Below, in pieces: positions 62,855 to 64,000 of a DNA stretch of 64,000 bases. The stretch spans positions 437 through 64,436 of the forward strand of contig CAMKLG010000010.1 of the NCBI GenBank assembly GCA_946413585.1. The letters run 5' to 3'. The stretch comes from an uncultured Bacteroidales bacterium (GTDB lineage: Bacteria > Bacteroidota > Bacteroidia > Bacteroidales > WCHB1-69). Numbering within the stretch: the first letter of the stretch is position 1; each line of letters opens with the position of its first letter. A model generated the notes under the pieces. It was not told the DNA's origin. It saw only the letters and a program-made list of their open reading frames with translations, and did not search any database. The translations under genes were made by a program, and so were the position numbers.

Positions 62855-62868
62855 CCCTACTCCCTAAT
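62855..62868. repeat. Two-unit heptamer remnant (CCCTACT CCCTAAT)
   Basis: Contains the dispersed 11-mer CCCTACTCCCT. Confidence 0.6.
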
Positions 62869-62879
62869 CAAAAAAAATG

Positions 62880-62887
62880 TATCTTTG
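62880..62887 (+). promoter_or_regulatory. -7 promoter box (TAnnTTTG)
   Basis: TATCTTTG lies 42 nt upstream of the ATG at 62929. Confidence 0.55.
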
Positions 62888-62928
62888 CCCATCTAAAAAC
62901 AATTAATCGGCAAAAGACAGACAACGGT

Positions 62929-63342
62929 ATGGAACATACTATTATAGCGAAAGAAACGGAATTGTCCGACGTGGCGCAGAAGTTGCTGGAGGCGCACCCT
63001 CACGAGCGAGTATTCGGTTTTTACGGTGAAATGGGCACCGGCAAGACCACCCTCATCAAGGAAATCTGCCGTTTCCTCGGTGTGCAAAGCGACATGACCT
63101 CTCCCACTTTCGCCATCGTCAATGAATACTGGACAGAAAACGGCGAACCGCTCTATCACTTTGATTTCTACCGCATCGACGAGCCCGAAGATGCCACTCG
63201 CATCGGCTTCCAAGACTACCTATACAGCGGGAACTACTGCTTTATAGAATGGACCGAGAAAGTGGAATCTCTCCTCAACGGTGAATACACCCCCGTCCAC
63301 ATCGAACGCCTCGACGACCAAACCCGCGAATTCACGTTCTGA
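62929..63342 (+). CDS. tsaE: tRNA t6A37 threonylcarbamoyl-transfer complex ATPase TsaE (YjeE)
   Basis: 137 aa. FYGEMGTGKTTLIKEIC, SPTFAIVNEY, HFDFYRI. Confidence 0.85.
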   Translation: MEHTIIAKETELSDVAQKLLEAHPHERVFGFYGEMGTGKTTLIKEICRFLGVQSDMTSPTFAIVNEYWTENGEPLYHFDFYRIDEPEDATRIGFQDYLYSGNYCFIEWTEKVESLLNGEYTPVHIERLDDQTREFTF

Positions 63343-63397
63343 CTTTTGACTTTGAACTTTGACTTTGAACCTTGAACTTTGAACCTTGAACTTTAAG
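63339..63397. repeat. Heptamer array (TTGACTT/TGAACTT/GAACCTT) x8 between tsaE and the next gene
   Basis: It starts at the tsaE stop TGA (63340-42) and ends 5 nt before the ATG at 63402. It shares the 13-mer CTTTGAACTTTGA with 61882-61894. Confidence 0.95.
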
Positions 63398-63401
63398 CCC
63401 T

Positions 63402-64000
63402 ATGACCGCTGAATACATCATCCTCCACGACACGCCGCACGCGGAAACCCAAACCTGGGAAGCCGCTGTCGAAGCTCCAACCCGCAAACTCACCGTTGCA
63501 CTGGCTAAATCCGAGACATTGCAACCTGACAGTTCGTTTCTCACCCCTAATGCTGTGAGGACCTTTACCGACCAAGGCATCAAGGTGTTCGCACAGTTCG
63601 GTTTCGCCAACCACAATCCCTTCTCCGACACCGACTACGCAGATGCTGGAACAGAATTCACCCATCACTATGCTGACCTGTCCATGCTGAGCAACCTCAT
63701 CGTCAAATTCGACGCTTTCACTTTTGACCAAATCGCTTTATCTAAAGAAAACCAAATCCTTATTTCCATACTACCGCCTGAAAATCTTGATCAAGAATAC
63801 ATCAAAGCCGTGAACGACAAGAAAATCACCATGATTTGTTTGGACTACCTCAAAGATGAGCAAGGGAGTCCCCTACTCGAAAAAATACGTCAGGAAACGC
63901 TCTCTGAAGCCGGATTCCAGATTTCCTTGTCCAATTTCACTTTCCCGCTCATGGAGGCACTCCTACACGCGCCTTCGGTGGCCTACGCGCTGCAACACTC
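63402..64000 (+). CDS. Partial (3'-truncated) AlaDH/PNT N-terminal-domain protein (alanine dehydrogenase / transhydrogenase-alpha-like)
   Basis: My own translation from the ATG at 63402 stays open to the window end. LTPNAVRTFTDQGIKVFAQFGFANHNPFSDTDYADAGTEF resembles the AlaDH/PNT N-terminal pattern. This ORF is not in the supplied track because it has no stop. Confidence 0.45.
   Translation, partial: MTAEYIILHDTPHAETQTWEAAVEAPTRKLTVALAKSETLQPDSSFLTPNAVRTFTDQGIKVFAQFGFANHNPFSDTDYADAGTEFTHHYADLSMLSNLIVKFDAFTFDQIALSKENQILISILPPENLDQEYIKAVNDKKITMICLDYLKDEQGSPLLEKIRQETLSEAGFQISLSNFTFPLMEALLHAPSVAYALQH

Noticed and set aside
1-64000. tRNA, rRNA, riboswitch or CRISPR-cas content
   Set aside because: Scanning the intergenic regions by eye gave no cloverleaf-compatible segments, rRNA-like stretches, known riboswitch cores or cas genes. 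The absence is stated with the caveat that no covariance-model search could be run.

Overview
The window looks like a chromosomal segment from a Bacteroidota (Bacteroidales-like) bacterium. Three lines of evidence support this: three giant proteins end in T9SS C-terminal sorting domains, most genes have a TAnnTTTG -7 promoter box, and there is a fused CcsBA cytochrome c synthetase. All family assignments come from motif recognition by eye; no searches were run.

I call 39 protein-coding features, including one decayed pseudogene and one 3'-truncated gene. I recognised no rRNA, tRNA, CRISPR array, transposase, integrase or phage genes.

Gene content in order:
- hemolysin-III, a YfhO-like membrane protein, priA, a PBP1-type lipoprotein and a nucleoside phosphorylase
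- giant T9SS cargo gene 1
- a glycan/LPS-type block: methyltransferase, flippase, GT4, MgtC, lipoprotein, OM barrel, GT2, acetyltransferase, GT4
- murA, a PPi-type pfk, a lipoprotein, birA and an ATPase
- two tandem giant T9SS cargo paralogs
- a multidomain OmpA-family protein
- umuD and umuC, separated by about 9.6 kb carrying a sigma factor with a membrane-spanning tail, a membrane protein, a small Cys-rich lipoprotein, a 1.9k-aa thioester-less alpha-2-macroglobulin (A2M) and a decayed ATPase
- ccsBA next to a di-heme / imelysin / porin-like cluster
- an L,D-transpeptidase, a flotillin, a BadF-type sugar kinase, tsaE and a partial AlaDH/PNT-like gene

The most unusual signals are non-coding:
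1. Almost every gene junction is filled by short-period (mostly 7-nt) tandem arrays. They abut or contain stop codons or make up whole 5' leaders, and exact words are shared between unlinked loci.
2. A two-hairpin REP-like element occurs at three loci with compensatory stem changes. At one locus it is amplified into four units with a 32-bp period.
3. A non-coding 3' element downstream of the two T9SS paralogs is more conserved than synonymous sites inside the genes.
4. Several divergent promoter pairs form perfect palindromes.
5. There are paired palindromic sites upstream of the A2M gene and a 28-bp perfect palindrome inside it.
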